Source: Acidimicrobiia bacterium (GTDB lineage: Bacteria; Actinomycetota; Acidimicrobiia; IMCC26256; JACDBD01). From it: DNA of 64,000 nt. The translations under genes were made by a program, and so were the position numbers. Under the pieces are notes generated by a model that saw nothing but the letters and a program-made list of their open reading frames with translations, ran no database searches and was not told the DNA's origin. Below, in pieces: positions 18,771 to 27,860 of the stretch; the first letter of the stretch is position 1, and each line of letters starts with the position of its first letter. Location of the stretch: positions 7,547-71,546 of the forward strand of contig DATFXL010000070.1 of NCBI GenBank assembly GCA_035316025.1. The letters are read 5' to 3'.

Positions 18771-19267
18771 CAGAGGTATCCGCTGCCCGGTGGGGCCTGC
18801 GGCGGTGGCTGGCCGGTCTCGAGCGCGCGCCGCCGCATCTCCTCCATCTGCCCCTGCGCTGACATCTGCTGCGTGAACAGCGTCGCCTGGATTCCGTGGA
18901 ACAGGCCTTCCAGCCAGCCGACGAGCTGGGCCTGCGCGAGGCGCAGCTCGGACTCACTTGGAGCGTCGCCGGTGAACGGCAGGACGACCTCGCACAGCTC
19001 GGCCTTGAGGTCGGGCGACAGCACGTCCTCGAGCTCGTGGATCGATCGCTCGTGGATCTCGCGCAACGCGCGGCGCCCGGCGTCGTCGATCGGGGCCCGC
19101 CGGACTTCGTCGAGCATGTTGCGCACCATCGACGCGATCCGGATGAGTTTCGTCGGCCGGCTCACCTGCTCTTGCGGCGAGCTGCCGTCGCCGCCGCCAC
19201 CGGCGGCGGGCTGCTGCACGACTTCTGGTTGGACGCGCTCGGATGTCGCGTCGGGTTCCTGTTCCAC
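18770..19267 (-). CDS. bpa: Bacterial proteasome activator (Bpa/PafE, DUF2587) -like protein
   Basis: 165 aa with a disordered N-terminus, a helical core (IASMVRNMLDEVR, LRLAQAQLVGWLEGLFHG) and a C-terminus ending GSGYL. This resembles the GQYL proteasome-docking tail of mycobacterial Bpa. Confidence 0.65.
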   Translation of the reverse strand: MEQEPDATSERVQPEVVQQPAAGGGGDGSSPQEQVSRPTKLIRIASMVRNMLDEVRRAPIDDAGRRALREIHERSIHELEDVLSPDLKAELCEVVLPFTGDAPSESELRLAQAQLVGWLEGLFHGIQATLFTQQMSAQGQMEEMRRRALETGQPPPQAPPGSGYL

Positions 19268-19346
19268 GTGTCCTCTCCCTCCCGTGCCCTCGGGAGCCTT
19301 CCCAGGATAGAAGGTGCCCCGAGCCGCTCCCGAAGGGTTCAGCCGA

Positions 19347-20150
19347 TCAGCGGCTTTCGAGTGTGCCCCCGCGGACTCCGGGCGGGACCCGGCCCCGCGC
19401 GTCCCGGGTGCGCGGTCCGGGCACGTCGTGGAAGCGGTAGGGCTCAGGCTCCCGCCCCGGCTGGCACACCCAGCACTCGCCCGTCCGGCCCGTCTGGATG
19501 ATGCGCAGCACCGCCTCCGCGATCTGGGTTGGCGGCATCAACGGAAAGTCCGCCTCCCGCAGCAGGCGGCGCTCGTTCTCACCGACGATGTTGGTGTCGG
19601 TCATGCCGGGGTTCACGGTGTTCGCAGTGATGCTCGTAGCGAGAAGCGATGGCGCGACGCTGCGGATGAACCCGACGACCGCGTGCTTGCTCAGGTCGTA
19701 GACGGGATCGGGCGCGAACGGGATGATCCCCGCGAGCGAGGACGTGGCGACGATCGCGCCCCCGCCGCGACGCTTCATCGCGCGCACCGCCGCGCGCGTG
19801 CCGTACACGACCCCGTCGACGTTGACCCGCATGATGAGCCGGTACAGGTCGTCCGGCAGGGTGTCGATGTCGGGATGGCCGATCGCAATCCCGGCGTTGA
19901 GGAAGGCGATGTCGAGCCCTCCGAGCTCCCGCTCGACCGCCGCGAACGCGGCGTCGACCTCGGCGGCCTCGCCGACGTCGGCGCGATGGAACACCCCGCC
20001 GACGGCGTCGGCGACGGCTCGGCCGGCGTCCTCGGTGAGATCCACGACGCCGATTCGGGCGCCTTCCGTCGCGAGCAGCTCGGCCGTCGCCTTGCCGATG
20101 CCCGACGCCGCTCCCGTGATCAGCGCGGCCTTGCCGTCGAGTGCCGCCAC
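19347..20150 (-). CDS. SDR-family oxidoreductase
   Basis: TGAASGIGKA cofactor motif, NAG, and the S...YxxxK triad context (YDLSKHAV). Confidence 0.85.
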   Translation of the reverse strand: MAALDGKAALITGAASGIGKATAELLATEGARIGVVDLTEDAGRAVADAVGGVFHRADVGEAAEVDAAFAAVERELGGLDIAFLNAGIAIGHPDIDTLPDDLYRLIMRVNVDGVVYGTRAAVRAMKRRGGGAIVATSSLAGIIPFAPDPVYDLSKHAVVGFIRSVAPSLLATSITANTVNPGMTDTNIVGENERRLLREADFPLMPPTQIAEAVLRIIQTGRTGECWVCQPGREPEPYRFHDVPGPRTRDARGRVPPGVRGGTLESR

Positions 20151-20159
20151 GACCGCAGG

Positions 20160-21035
20160 CTACGGGCTCGACTTGGTGTGGCGCTCGAGCCAGTCGACGA
20201 GGTCGGCCGTCACCTCGTCCCGGTTGATCTCGTTGAAGATCTCGTGGCGCGCGTCCTCGTAGCCGATGACCGTGACGTCACGGACGCCCGCATCGCGGTA
20301 GCGCCGCGCCACCAGCTCCACGAGGGCCATCGCCCCGCTCAGGGGATCGGCGCTCCCCGACATCAGGAGGATCGGGAGGTCGGAACGGATGCTCCCGAGC
20401 GCATCGGCGTCGACGGGCCGCTTGGCGGCGGCCGCCATGTCGGCCAGTGCGTCAGCATCGGCGCTGAAGCCGCAGGCGGGATCCGCGATGTAGAGATCGA
20501 CCTCGGCGGCGTCGCGGCTCAACCAGTCGAAGTCCGTGCGCCCCTCGAAGGCCTCGTTGCCCGGCATGCGATCGAGTGAGGTGTCTGCGTCGAGCGCACC
20601 GAAGATGATGTCGACGGCGGACGTTCCCGTCAGCACCGCGGCCGCGATCTCGTCGCTGTGGTCGAGCAGGTACTGCTGCGCGACGAAGGAGCCCAGGGAG
20701 TGCCCGAGGAGCACTCGGGGAGTGCCACCGGTGCGGGCATCGATCGCCTCGCCCACGGTCACGAGGTCGTCGACCAGCGCGTTCCACCCGTCCGGCCCGA
20801 AGTGCCCGAACTCGCTCGCGCTGCGCACGCTCTGTCCATGGCCCCGATGATCGTGCGAGTAGACCGCGAAGCCGGCCGCGCCGAGCGCGACGGCGAGCCG
20901 GCCGTACCGCGCCGAGTGCTCGCCGAGGCCGTGTGAGACCTGCACGGCGGCACGGGCGGCGCCGGTCGCCGGCCAGTGCCGCACGAACAACTCGACGCCG
21001 CCGCGGCCGGGAACGATGAAGGTCGATTCCGCCAC
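20160..21035 (-). CDS. Alpha/beta hydrolase (lysophospholipase/monoacylglycerol lipase-like)
   Basis: HGLGEHSARY, nucleophile elbow GHSLGS, and a C-terminal D...H (ARHEIFNE). Confidence 0.8.
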   Translation of the reverse strand: MAESTFIVPGRGGVELFVRHWPATGAARAAVQVSHGLGEHSARYGRLAVALGAAGFAVYSHDHRGHGQSVRSASEFGHFGPDGWNALVDDLVTVGEAIDARTGGTPRVLLGHSLGSFVAQQYLLDHSDEIAAAVLTGTSAVDIIFGALDADTSLDRMPGNEAFEGRTDFDWLSRDAAEVDLYIADPACGFSADADALADMAAAAKRPVDADALGSIRSDLPILLMSGSADPLSGAMALVELVARRYRDAGVRDVTVIGYEDARHEIFNEINRDEVTADLVDWLERHTKSSP

Positions 21036-21067
21036 GTTCCCAGCCTCGCGCGGCGTCGATCATCCGC

Positions 21068-21889
21068 TCACTTCGCCGCGCTCCCGCTGCGCGCCGCCGC
21101 CCGGTCGGGCTTCTCGGCGTCACCCGTCTCGAGCAGCGTCTTGAGGCCCGACACCACGCGCGGCCAGCCGCCGCTGATCATCTCGACGACCTTGCTGCCG
21201 GGCTCGAACCCGTCGTGCACGACCGTGAGGCGGACGACCTCACCGTCGGGCTCGATGTCGAAGGTGACCTTCGAGCGGGGCTCGGCTGCGATCCGGGCGC
21301 GGAGGTCCTCGTCGATGCCGACGATCTCGGCCCATTCGGGGGTGAAGGTGTGCCATGTGTACGAGAGTCGGCGGTACGGATCCGACTCGAGCACGACCTG
21401 CTCCGGATCGGCGACGCTCACGCCCCGCTGATGCAGGGTCATCGTGGATCCGGGCTGCCAGTCCGACTCGAACGACATGCCCCAGTAACGCTCGGTGAAC
21501 GCGGGGTCGGTGAGCGCCTGCCACAGCCGCTCCGGCGTCGTGCGGATATAGGTGGTGTATACGAACTCGGGCTTCTCCATCGGTGTGTCCTCCAGTGCTC
21601 GCTTCAGGTCGGCCAGGGCCTCGACCCGTCCTCGGTCGTAGTGATCGATCCATCGCTCGGCGATGTCGTTGATGGGCGCCGCGTTCAGGTAGTGCAACTT
21701 CTCTCGGCCCTGCCGCACCGTCGTGACGACGCCGGCCGCCTCGAGCAGCGCGAGGTGCTTGCTGACCGACTGCCGCGCCATCGCGAGGCCGCCGCAGAGC
21801 TCGTGCAGCGTCTGCCCGTTGCGGGCGTTCAGGCTGTCGAGCAGGCGACGGCGACTCGGATCGGCCAGCGCCCGGAACACTGCATCCAT
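21068..21889 (-). CDS. ArsR-family HTH regulator fused to an SRPBCC (Aha1/activator-of-Hsp90-like) domain
   Basis: Starts at the internal ATG 21889 (MDAVFRALADPSRRRLLDSL...SVSKHLALLEAAGVV). The C-terminal half has SRPBCC features (FVYTTYIRTTPERLWQALTDP, W..G..W). GGGAGA lies 7 nt upstream of this ATG. Confidence 0.8.
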   Translation of the reverse strand: MDAVFRALADPSRRRLLDSLNARNGQTLHELCGGLAMARQSVSKHLALLEAAGVVTTVRQGREKLHYLNAAPINDIAERWIDHYDRGRVEALADLKRALEDTPMEKPEFVYTTYIRTTPERLWQALTDPAFTERYWGMSFESDWQPGSTMTLHQRGVSVADPEQVVLESDPYRRLSYTWHTFTPEWAEIVGIDEDLRARIAAEPRSKVTFDIEPDGEVVRLTVVHDGFEPGSKVVEMISGGWPRVVSGLKTLLETGDAEKPDRAAARSGSAAK

Positions 21890-21906
21890 CAGGTCATCTC
21901 CCACAT

Positions 21907-21957
21907 GCAGCCGTTTGGCTGCCTTTTCACATAAGCAGCCGATCGGCTGCATGTCAA
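21907..21957 (-). promoter_or_regulatory. Near-consensus promoter with two ArsR-type palindromic operators
   Basis: The minus strand reads TTGACA (21957..21952), a 17-nt spacer, then TTATGT (21934..21929). The spacer is the perfect 16-bp palindrome GCAGCCGATCGGCTGC (21935..21950). A second inverted repeat GCAGCC-GTTT-GGCTGC (21907..21922) lies just downstream of the -10. Confidence 0.65.
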
Positions 21958-22215
21958 GAGGGTGGTCGGCTTCAGGTCGACGTCTTCGGGAGGCCGCTTC
22001 CTGACCAAAAGGCGCCTGATGCTGCGGGCGCGTGAGTTCGACTCCCTCGAGCCGAGTCACCGAGCGGAGAGCGTCAGCCCCGACTTCCGTCCTTCAACAA
22101 GCCGAGCGGGGCGGTCACTTCGCGGCGCGGGAAGGGCCCGACCTCTTCAGCGACGAGATGCGTACGGCGTACCGTGCGCCGCATATCGGTGCGGGTGTGC
22201 AACTTGAAGCCGCTG

Positions 22216-22287
22216 CGCCCTCGGCAGGATTCGAACCTGCGCACATGGCTCCGGAGGCCACTGCTCTATCCCCTGAGCTACGAGGGC
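22216..22287 (-). tRNA. tRNA-Arg (anticodon CCG)
   Basis: Reverse complement folds by eye into a cloverleaf. Acceptor GCCCTCG/CGAGGGC; D-arm GCTC-AGGGGATA-GAGC; anticodon arm GTGGC-CTCCGGA-GCCAT (CCG); T-arm GCAGG-TTCGAAT-CCTGC. CCA is not encoded. Confidence 0.9.
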
Positions 22288-22450
22288 TCGGCGAGCGAGG
22301 GTACCAACGGCTCGCGTCCATTGGTCGCCCTCGCCAGCTCGGGCTCCTGCGTCGGCGGTCGGCAGAGCCGCCGCCGACGCGCCCCTGAGCTACGAGGGCT
22401 CGGCGAGCGCCCCTGAGCTCCGAGGGCTCGGCGAGCGAGGGTGCCAACGG
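22270..22450. repeat. Three direct copies of the tRNA-Arg 5' end plus its upstream flank
   Basis: Copy A is 22270..22310 (tRNA nt 1-18 plus 23 nt of flank). Copy B is 22382..22409 and matches the first 28 nt of A exactly (28/28). Copy C is 22410..22450 and matches A at 39/41 (differences at 22420 and 22443). B and C are contiguous, and 71 nt separate them from A. Confidence 0.85.
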
Positions 22451-22537
22451 GTGTTCACCAACTCTCGCGGTCGATGAGAGGCACCGAAGTACGATGCGGC
22501 AACAGGTGGCGCACTGCGTGTCGCCCGTCTTCGCTTC

Positions 22538-24193
22538 GTGATCCGTGACGAGCTTCGTAACAGCCTGCGTGACGCGCTGAACGCGGCCGGGCTCCCCGAG
22601 CCGCCGAACGGTGTCGCGCTCGAGCCGAGCGACCCGGACCTCGGGCGGGGAGACTGGGCGAGCCCGGTCGCTCTGCAGACGGCCAAGGCGGCGAAGCTTC
22701 CGCCGCGCGTGATCGCCGATCGCGTGAAATCCGCCTTGGAAACCATGCCACCCCGGCACCTCGATCACATCGAGATCGCCGACCCGGGGTTTCTCAATCT
22801 CTTCCTGTCGCCGTCGTGGCTCCACGATGTGTTGCGGGAAGTGGTGGCGGCCGGCGACACCTACGGGCGGGACGACACGCTGCGCGGCCGCCGGATCAAC
22901 CTCGAGTTCGTCTCGCTCAATCCGACCGGGCCCATCCACGCCGGGGGTGCCCGATGGGTGGCGGTCGGCGACGCCATCGCGAACCTGCTCGCGGCGCAGG
23001 GTGCGGTCGTCCATCGCGAGTACTACTTGAACGACGCGGGCGGACAGCTCGACGCCTTCGGCGCCTCGTTGTACGCGCGATACCAGGGCGAGGAGCCGCC
23101 CGAGGACGGCTACCGCGGCGACTACCTGGTCGAGATGGCGGCGCGCATGCGTGAGGAGCTCGGCGACGACGTGACGCCGGACCAGGCGCGTGAATGGGGT
23201 TACCACGACGCCGTGCGCTCGGTGCAACGAGACCTCGAGCGGATCGGCGTGCACTTCGACACCTGGTTCTCTGAACGCACGTTGCACGACCGCGGCGAAG
23301 TGGCCGACGTGCTCCGGCTGCTGGGCGAACGTGGCCAGATCTACGAGCAGGACGGCGCGATCTGGCTGCGGACGTCGGCACTCGGCGACCAGCGCGACCG
23401 CGTGCTCGTCAAGAGCGACGGGACGCCGACGTACCTTCTTCCGGACCTCGCCTACCACCGGGACAAGTTCGCCCGCGGCTGGGAGCACCTCATCGACATC
23501 TGGGGCTCGGATCACCACGGCCAGGTGAAATCGCTCCAGGCCGGTCTCGAGCTGTTGGGGTTCCCGCCGGGCGAGCCGGAGATCATCCTGGGCCAGCTCG
23601 TGCGGATCGAACGGGGCGGCGAGCTCGTCCGCCTCTCCCGCCGCGCCGGTCAGATCATCACGCTCGCAGACATCCTCGACGAGGTCGACCCCGACGTCGC
23701 GCGGCTGACCTTCCTGCTCCAGGGCGTCGACACGCCGCAGACATTCGATCTGGACGTCGTCACGTCGCAGTCGATGGAGAACCCCGTCTACTACGTGCAG
23801 TACGCGCACGCTCGCATCGCCTCGATCGAGCGGAAGGCGAGCGAGCGCGGCGTGACACGCCTCCGGCTCGATCAGGTCGATCTCTCCATGCTCGTGCACG
23901 AACGCGAGGCGGATCTTCTTCGCTCGCTCGCGCTGTATCCGGAAGCGGTACGGGAGGCGGCCGAGCTGCGCGCCCCGCATCGAGTGACGACGTGGGTGCG
24001 CGACTTCGCCAAGCACTTCCACGGCTTCTACCGGGACTGCCGCGTCATCAGCGAGGACGACGCGCTCACGCAGGCCCGCCTATGGCTGTCCGAGGCGTGC
24101 CGGATCGGACTTGCCGACGCGCTGGGCCTGCTGGGTGTCTCGGCTCCCGACGAGATGGCACGCCTCGACGACGAAACCGAGCAGCAGCAATGA
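22538..24193 (+). CDS. argS: Arginine--tRNA ligase
   Basis: 551 aa. Class I HIGH-type motif (PTGPIHAGGARW), the ArgRS add-1 N-terminal domain, and a DALR anticodon-binding C-terminus. Confidence 0.95.
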   Translation: MIRDELRNSLRDALNAAGLPEPPNGVALEPSDPDLGRGDWASPVALQTAKAAKLPPRVIADRVKSALETMPPRHLDHIEIADPGFLNLFLSPSWLHDVLREVVAAGDTYGRDDTLRGRRINLEFVSLNPTGPIHAGGARWVAVGDAIANLLAAQGAVVHREYYLNDAGGQLDAFGASLYARYQGEEPPEDGYRGDYLVEMAARMREELGDDVTPDQAREWGYHDAVRSVQRDLERIGVHFDTWFSERTLHDRGEVADVLRLLGERGQIYEQDGAIWLRTSALGDQRDRVLVKSDGTPTYLLPDLAYHRDKFARGWEHLIDIWGSDHHGQVKSLQAGLELLGFPPGEPEIILGQLVRIERGGELVRLSRRAGQIITLADILDEVDPDVARLTFLLQGVDTPQTFDLDVVTSQSMENPVYYVQYAHARIASIERKASERGVTRLRLDQVDLSMLVHEREADLLRSLALYPEAVREAAELRAPHRVTTWVRDFAKHFHGFYRDCRVISEDDALTQARLWLSEACRIGLADALGLLGVSAPDEMARLDDETEQQQ

Positions 24194-25476
24194 CGGCGCC
24201 GGTCGAACCCGAGCTGATTCCGCCTGCGCTCCGCGACGCGGGCCTGCTCGAGCAACTCGCCGCCGAGCACGGCACACCGCTCTTCGTCTACGACGAGGGG
24301 GATCTCCGGCGCCGGTGTCGCGAGTACACCGCCGCCTTCGGCGAGGGTTGCGTCGCGTACGCCGGCAAGGCGTTCCTGTGCACGGCGATGGCCCGACTCG
24401 TCGCCGAGGAGGGGCTCCATCTCGACGTCGCCACGGGCGGCGAGCTGTCGGTGGCCCTCCACGCCCGGTTCCCGGCCCGTCGGGTCGTCTTCCACGGCAA
24501 CAACAAGTCGACGGACGAGATCGCGCAGGCTCTCGACGCCGGCGTCGGACGCATCGTCGCCGACTCGTTCGACGAGCTCGACCGTCTCGAGCACCTCGCC
24601 ACCGGTCGCGCCAATCGCCCCACGGTCCTCGTGCGCGTCACGCCGGGGGTCGAGGCCCACACGCACGACTTCATCGAGACGGGCACCCTCGATTCGAAGT
24701 TCGGCTTCGCGGTGCACGACGGCGTCGCCCTCGAGGCGGCCCGCCGCGTCGTCGAGAGCCCGACGCTCCACTTCGGCGGATTGCACTCCCACATCGGCTC
24801 GATGATCGAGCGGCTCGACGCCTACGCCCGTGCTACTGCGATTGTCGTCGATCTCTGCGCCGCCATCGAGCAGTCGACCGGGACGCGCGTCGACGAGGTG
24901 AACTTGGGCGGTGGTCTCGCCACGCGGTACCTCGCGACCGACCCCGTCATGTCATTGGCCGACTATGAGACCACCCTGCGAACGACGTTGAAGGATTGTG
25001 TCGCGAGCGCCGGAATCGAGGAAGTGCCCCGGCTCATGGTGGAGCCCGGCCGCTCCATCTCGGCGGCGGCGGCGATCACGCTGTATCGAGTGGGCACCGT
25101 GAAGACCATCCCCGACGGCCGGACGTACGTCGCCGTCGACGGGGGCATGAGCGACAACCCGCGCCCTGTGCTCTACGGCGCCGGGTACGAGGCATATCTT
25201 CCCGCCCGCGCCGACGATTCCCGGCCGCTCGTATGCTCGATCGCGGGCAAGCACTGCGAGCAGGGCGACCTCGTCGTCGCCGACGCCCGCCTTCCCGACG
25301 GTGTGCGGGTCGATGATCTGCTCGCCGTCCCCGTCACCGGCGCGTACGGCTACTCGATGGCGTCGAATTACAACAAGGTGCCGCGCCCGGCCGTGGTGTT
25401 CGTGCGCGACGGTCGCGCCCGGGTCGTCGTGCGGCGCGAGTCGCCGGTTGATCTCATCCGCCTCGACGAGTTCTAG
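24190..25476 (+). CDS. lysA: Diaminopimelate decarboxylase
   Basis: The ATG at 24190 overlaps the argS stop (ATGA). Has the PLP-Lys context (YAGKAFLC), HSHIGS, EPGRS and GAYGYSMASNYN. Confidence 0.9.
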   Translation: MTAPVEPELIPPALRDAGLLEQLAAEHGTPLFVYDEGDLRRRCREYTAAFGEGCVAYAGKAFLCTAMARLVAEEGLHLDVATGGELSVALHARFPARRVVFHGNNKSTDEIAQALDAGVGRIVADSFDELDRLEHLATGRANRPTVLVRVTPGVEAHTHDFIETGTLDSKFGFAVHDGVALEAARRVVESPTLHFGGLHSHIGSMIERLDAYARATAIVVDLCAAIEQSTGTRVDEVNLGGGLATRYLATDPVMSLADYETTLRTTLKDCVASAGIEEVPRLMVEPGRSISAAAAITLYRVGTVKTIPDGRTYVAVDGGMSDNPRPVLYGAGYEAYLPARADDSRPLVCSIAGKHCEQGDLVVADARLPDGVRVDDLLAVPVTGAYGYSMASNYNKVPRPAVVFVRDGRARVVVRRESPVDLIRLDEF

Positions 25477-25493
25477 AGCGCGAGACTGACGCG

Positions 25494-26798
25494 ATGGCCT
25501 ACCCGCTGCGCGACGAGACCGTGCGGGTCGGCCTGCTCGGGTGTGGGCACGTCGGCTCGGCGCTGGTGCGACTCATCGATGAGCACGCCGACGTGATCGA
25601 GAGCCGCGCCGGCGTACGCATCGAGGTGGCCAGCGTCGCGGTGAGGAACCTCGCTCGCGAGCGGGACGTTCCGCTGCCGGCGGGGCGGTTCACTCGTGAC
25701 GCCGAGGAAGTCGTTACCGATCCCGACATCGACGTCGTCGTCGAGGTGATCGGCGGGATCGAACCGGCCCGCTCGCTGATCACCGAGGCGCTCAAGCGCG
25801 GTAAGCCTGTCGTCACCGCGAACAAGGAGCTCCTCGCCAACGTCGGCAAGGAGTTGTTCGAGACGGCGGAGGGATCGGGTGTCGACCTGCTGTTCGAGGC
25901 GTCCGTAGCGGGTGGCATTCCCCTCATCCGACCGCTGCGTGAGTCGCTCGCCGGTGACCGCATCCGACGGGTGATCGGAATCGTGAACGGGACGACCAAC
26001 TACATCCTCACGTGCATGACGGAGGACGGGTCGTCGTTCCACGACGCGCTCGCCGAAGCGCAGATGCTCGGCTACGCAGAGCGAGACCCGACGGCCGACA
26101 TCGAGGGGTACGACGCTGCCGCGAAGGCCACGATCATCGCGTCGATCGCGTTCGGCGCCCGCGTGGTCGCCGGCGACGTCTACCGCGAGGGCATCGCCGA
26201 GATCAGCGACCACGACATCAGCTCGGCGCACGACCTCGGGTACGTCGTGAAGCTGTTGGCCGTCGCCGAGGAGGTCGACGGCGACCTCGCCGTGCGCGTG
26301 CACCCGTCGATGATCCCGGTGCACCATCCGCTGGCGTCCGTACGGGAGTCCTTCAACGCGCTGTTCATCGAAGCCGACGCCGTCGGTGAGCTGATGCTGT
26401 ACGGGCGGGGTGCGGGCGGGAGCCCGACCGCCTCGGCGGTGCTCGGCGACCTCATCGATGCGGCCAAGAACCTCACGTCGGGCGGACGGGGGGCGACGAT
26501 CGGCGCGCTGAGCCACCGCCGGGTCCGGCCCATCGACGAGGTCGAGTCGCAGTTCTACTTGCTGATGGAAGTCGCCGATCAGCCCGGCGTGCTCGCGAAG
26601 ATCGCCGACCAGTTCGGCCGCCACAGAGTGTCGATCAAGTCGATGCAGCAGCGCGGGATCGGCGACGACGCCCGCCTGATCTTCGTGACGCACCGGGCGC
26701 GCGAAGCTGATCTCAGGGCGACCGTCCACGCGTTGCGCGACGTCGACGTCGTGCACCGGGTCGGGTCGGTGCTCCGTGTTCTGGGCGACGAAGACTGA
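25494..26798 (+). CDS. hom: Homoserine dehydrogenase
   Basis: NAD-binding [11 protein letters not shown], catalytic domain ([24 protein letters not shown]-like [10 protein letters not shown]), and a C-terminal ACT domain. Confidence 0.9.
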   Translation: MAYPLRDETVRVGLLGCGHVGSALVRLIDEHADVIESRAGVRIEVASVAVRNLARERDVPLPAGRFTRDAEEVVTDPDIDVVVEVIGGIEPARSLITEALKRGKPVVTANKELLANVGKELFETAEGSGVDLLFEASVAGGIPLIRPLRESLAGDRIRRVIGIVNGTTNYILTCMTEDGSSFHDALAEAQMLGYAERDPTADIEGYDAAAKATIIASIAFGARVVAGDVYREGIAEISDHDISSAHDLGYVVKLLAVAEEVDGDLAVRVHPSMIPVHHPLASVRESFNALFIEADAVGELMLYGRGAGGSPTASAVLGDLIDAAKNLTSGGRGATIGALSHRRVRPIDEVESQFYLLMEVADQPGVLAKIADQFGRHRVSIKSMQQRGIGDDARLIFVTHRAREADLRATVHALRDVDVVHRVGSVLRVLGDED

Positions 26799-27859
26799 TG
26801 GCGCAGGGGCGGCCGTGGCCGGGCGTGATCGCCGCGTACCGCGATTACCTGCCGGTAAGCGGCGCGACCCCAGTCGTGACGCTGCTCGAAGGGGGCACAC
26901 CACTCGTCGAAGCGCCGCACCTGTCCGAGCGGACCGGCGCGAGGGTGCTGCTGAAGCTCGAGGGTCTCAACCCAACCGGCTCGTTCAAGGACCGCGGGAT
27001 GACCCTGGCGATGTCGAAGGCCGTGGAGGACGGAGCCAAAGCGGTCATCTGCGCGTCCACCGGCAACACTTCGGCCTCGGCCGCGGCGTACGCGGCGCGC
27101 GCCGGCTTGATCTGCGCCGTGGTCATTCCCGAAGGCTTCGTCGCGACCGGGAAGCTCGCCCAGGCGCTGATCCACGGTGCGCGCGTCGTTCCGGTGCGTG
27201 GCAACTTCGACGCTGCCCTCGGCGTCGTGCGAGAGCTCGCCGAGCGGCGCAAGGTCACGATCGTCAATTCGATCAACCCGTTCCGCATCCAAGGTCAGAA
27301 GACAGCTTCGTTCGAGATCATCGACGCGCTCGGCGACGCGCCCGACGTGCACTGCATCCCGGTCGGGAACGCGCTCAACATCGGCGCGTACTGGAAGGGT
27401 TACCTCGAGTACGAGGTGCATGGGCGCCCGAGCCGGCGACCTCGCATGCTGGGATGGCAGGCGCTGGGGGCGGCCCCGCTCGTGCACGGCGAGCCGGTTC
27501 CGTATCCCGAGACGGTGGCCACTGCGATCCGCATCGGGAACCCGGCGAACTGGGAGGGCGCGATCGCAGCACGCGACGAGTCGGGCGGCCACATCGGCGC
27601 GGTGAGCGACACCGAGATCATGGACGCGTACCAGCTCCTGGCGTCGGCCGAGGGTTGCTTCGTCGAGCCGGCGTCGGCGGCGGCGGTGGCGGGGCTCCTC
27701 AAAGCTTCGCACGACGCGCTCATCGGGAGCGACGAGACCGTGGTGTGCACGCTCACGGGTCACGGCCTCAAGGATCCCGAGCGGGCCATGGACGAGGTCG
27801 CGGTCGGGCATCCGGTCGACGCCACGCCCGACGCGGTGGCCGCCGAGCTCGGGCTCTGA
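26798..27859 (+). CDS. thrC: Threonine synthase
   Basis: PLP-Lys motif [10 protein letters not shown] and the [11 protein letters not shown] loop. 353 aa. Overlaps the hom stop. Confidence 0.9.
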   Translation: MAQGRPWPGVIAAYRDYLPVSGATPVVTLLEGGTPLVEAPHLSERTGARVLLKLEGLNPTGSFKDRGMTLAMSKAVEDGAKAVICASTGNTSASAAAYAARAGLICAVVIPEGFVATGKLAQALIHGARVVPVRGNFDAALGVVRELAERRKVTIVNSINPFRIQGQKTASFEIIDALGDAPDVHCIPVGNALNIGAYWKGYLEYEVHGRPSRRPRMLGWQALGAAPLVHGEPVPYPETVATAIRIGNPANWEGAIAARDESGGHIGAVSDTEIMDAYQLLASAEGCFVEPASAAAVAGLLKASHDALIGSDETVVCTLTGHGLKDPERAMDEVAVGHPVDATPDAVAAELGL

Positions 27860-27860
27860 G

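Noticed and set aside
22026-22060. T-loop-like GAGTTCGACTCCCTC, possibly a tRNA 3' remnant (att-site scar) near tRNA-Arg
   Set aside because: The flanking 5-nt arms pair at only 3 of 5 positions. No acceptor or anticodon arm can be built, it has no similarity to the tRNA-Arg 3' end, and there is no integrase or other mobile gene nearby. It is probably a chance match.
22270-22450. Possibility that the three repeats are a mini-CRISPR array or a mobile-element att duplication
   Set aside because: Two copies abut with no spacer, and the repeats derive from the tRNA 5' end and promoter. No cas genes or integrase are present. I keep it as a finding, but not as a CRISPR array or mobile element.
22115-24022. 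635-aa ORF on the - strand across tRNA-Arg and argS
   Set aside because: It is antisense to argS and runs through a tRNA gene and the repeat array. It is a high-GC artefact.
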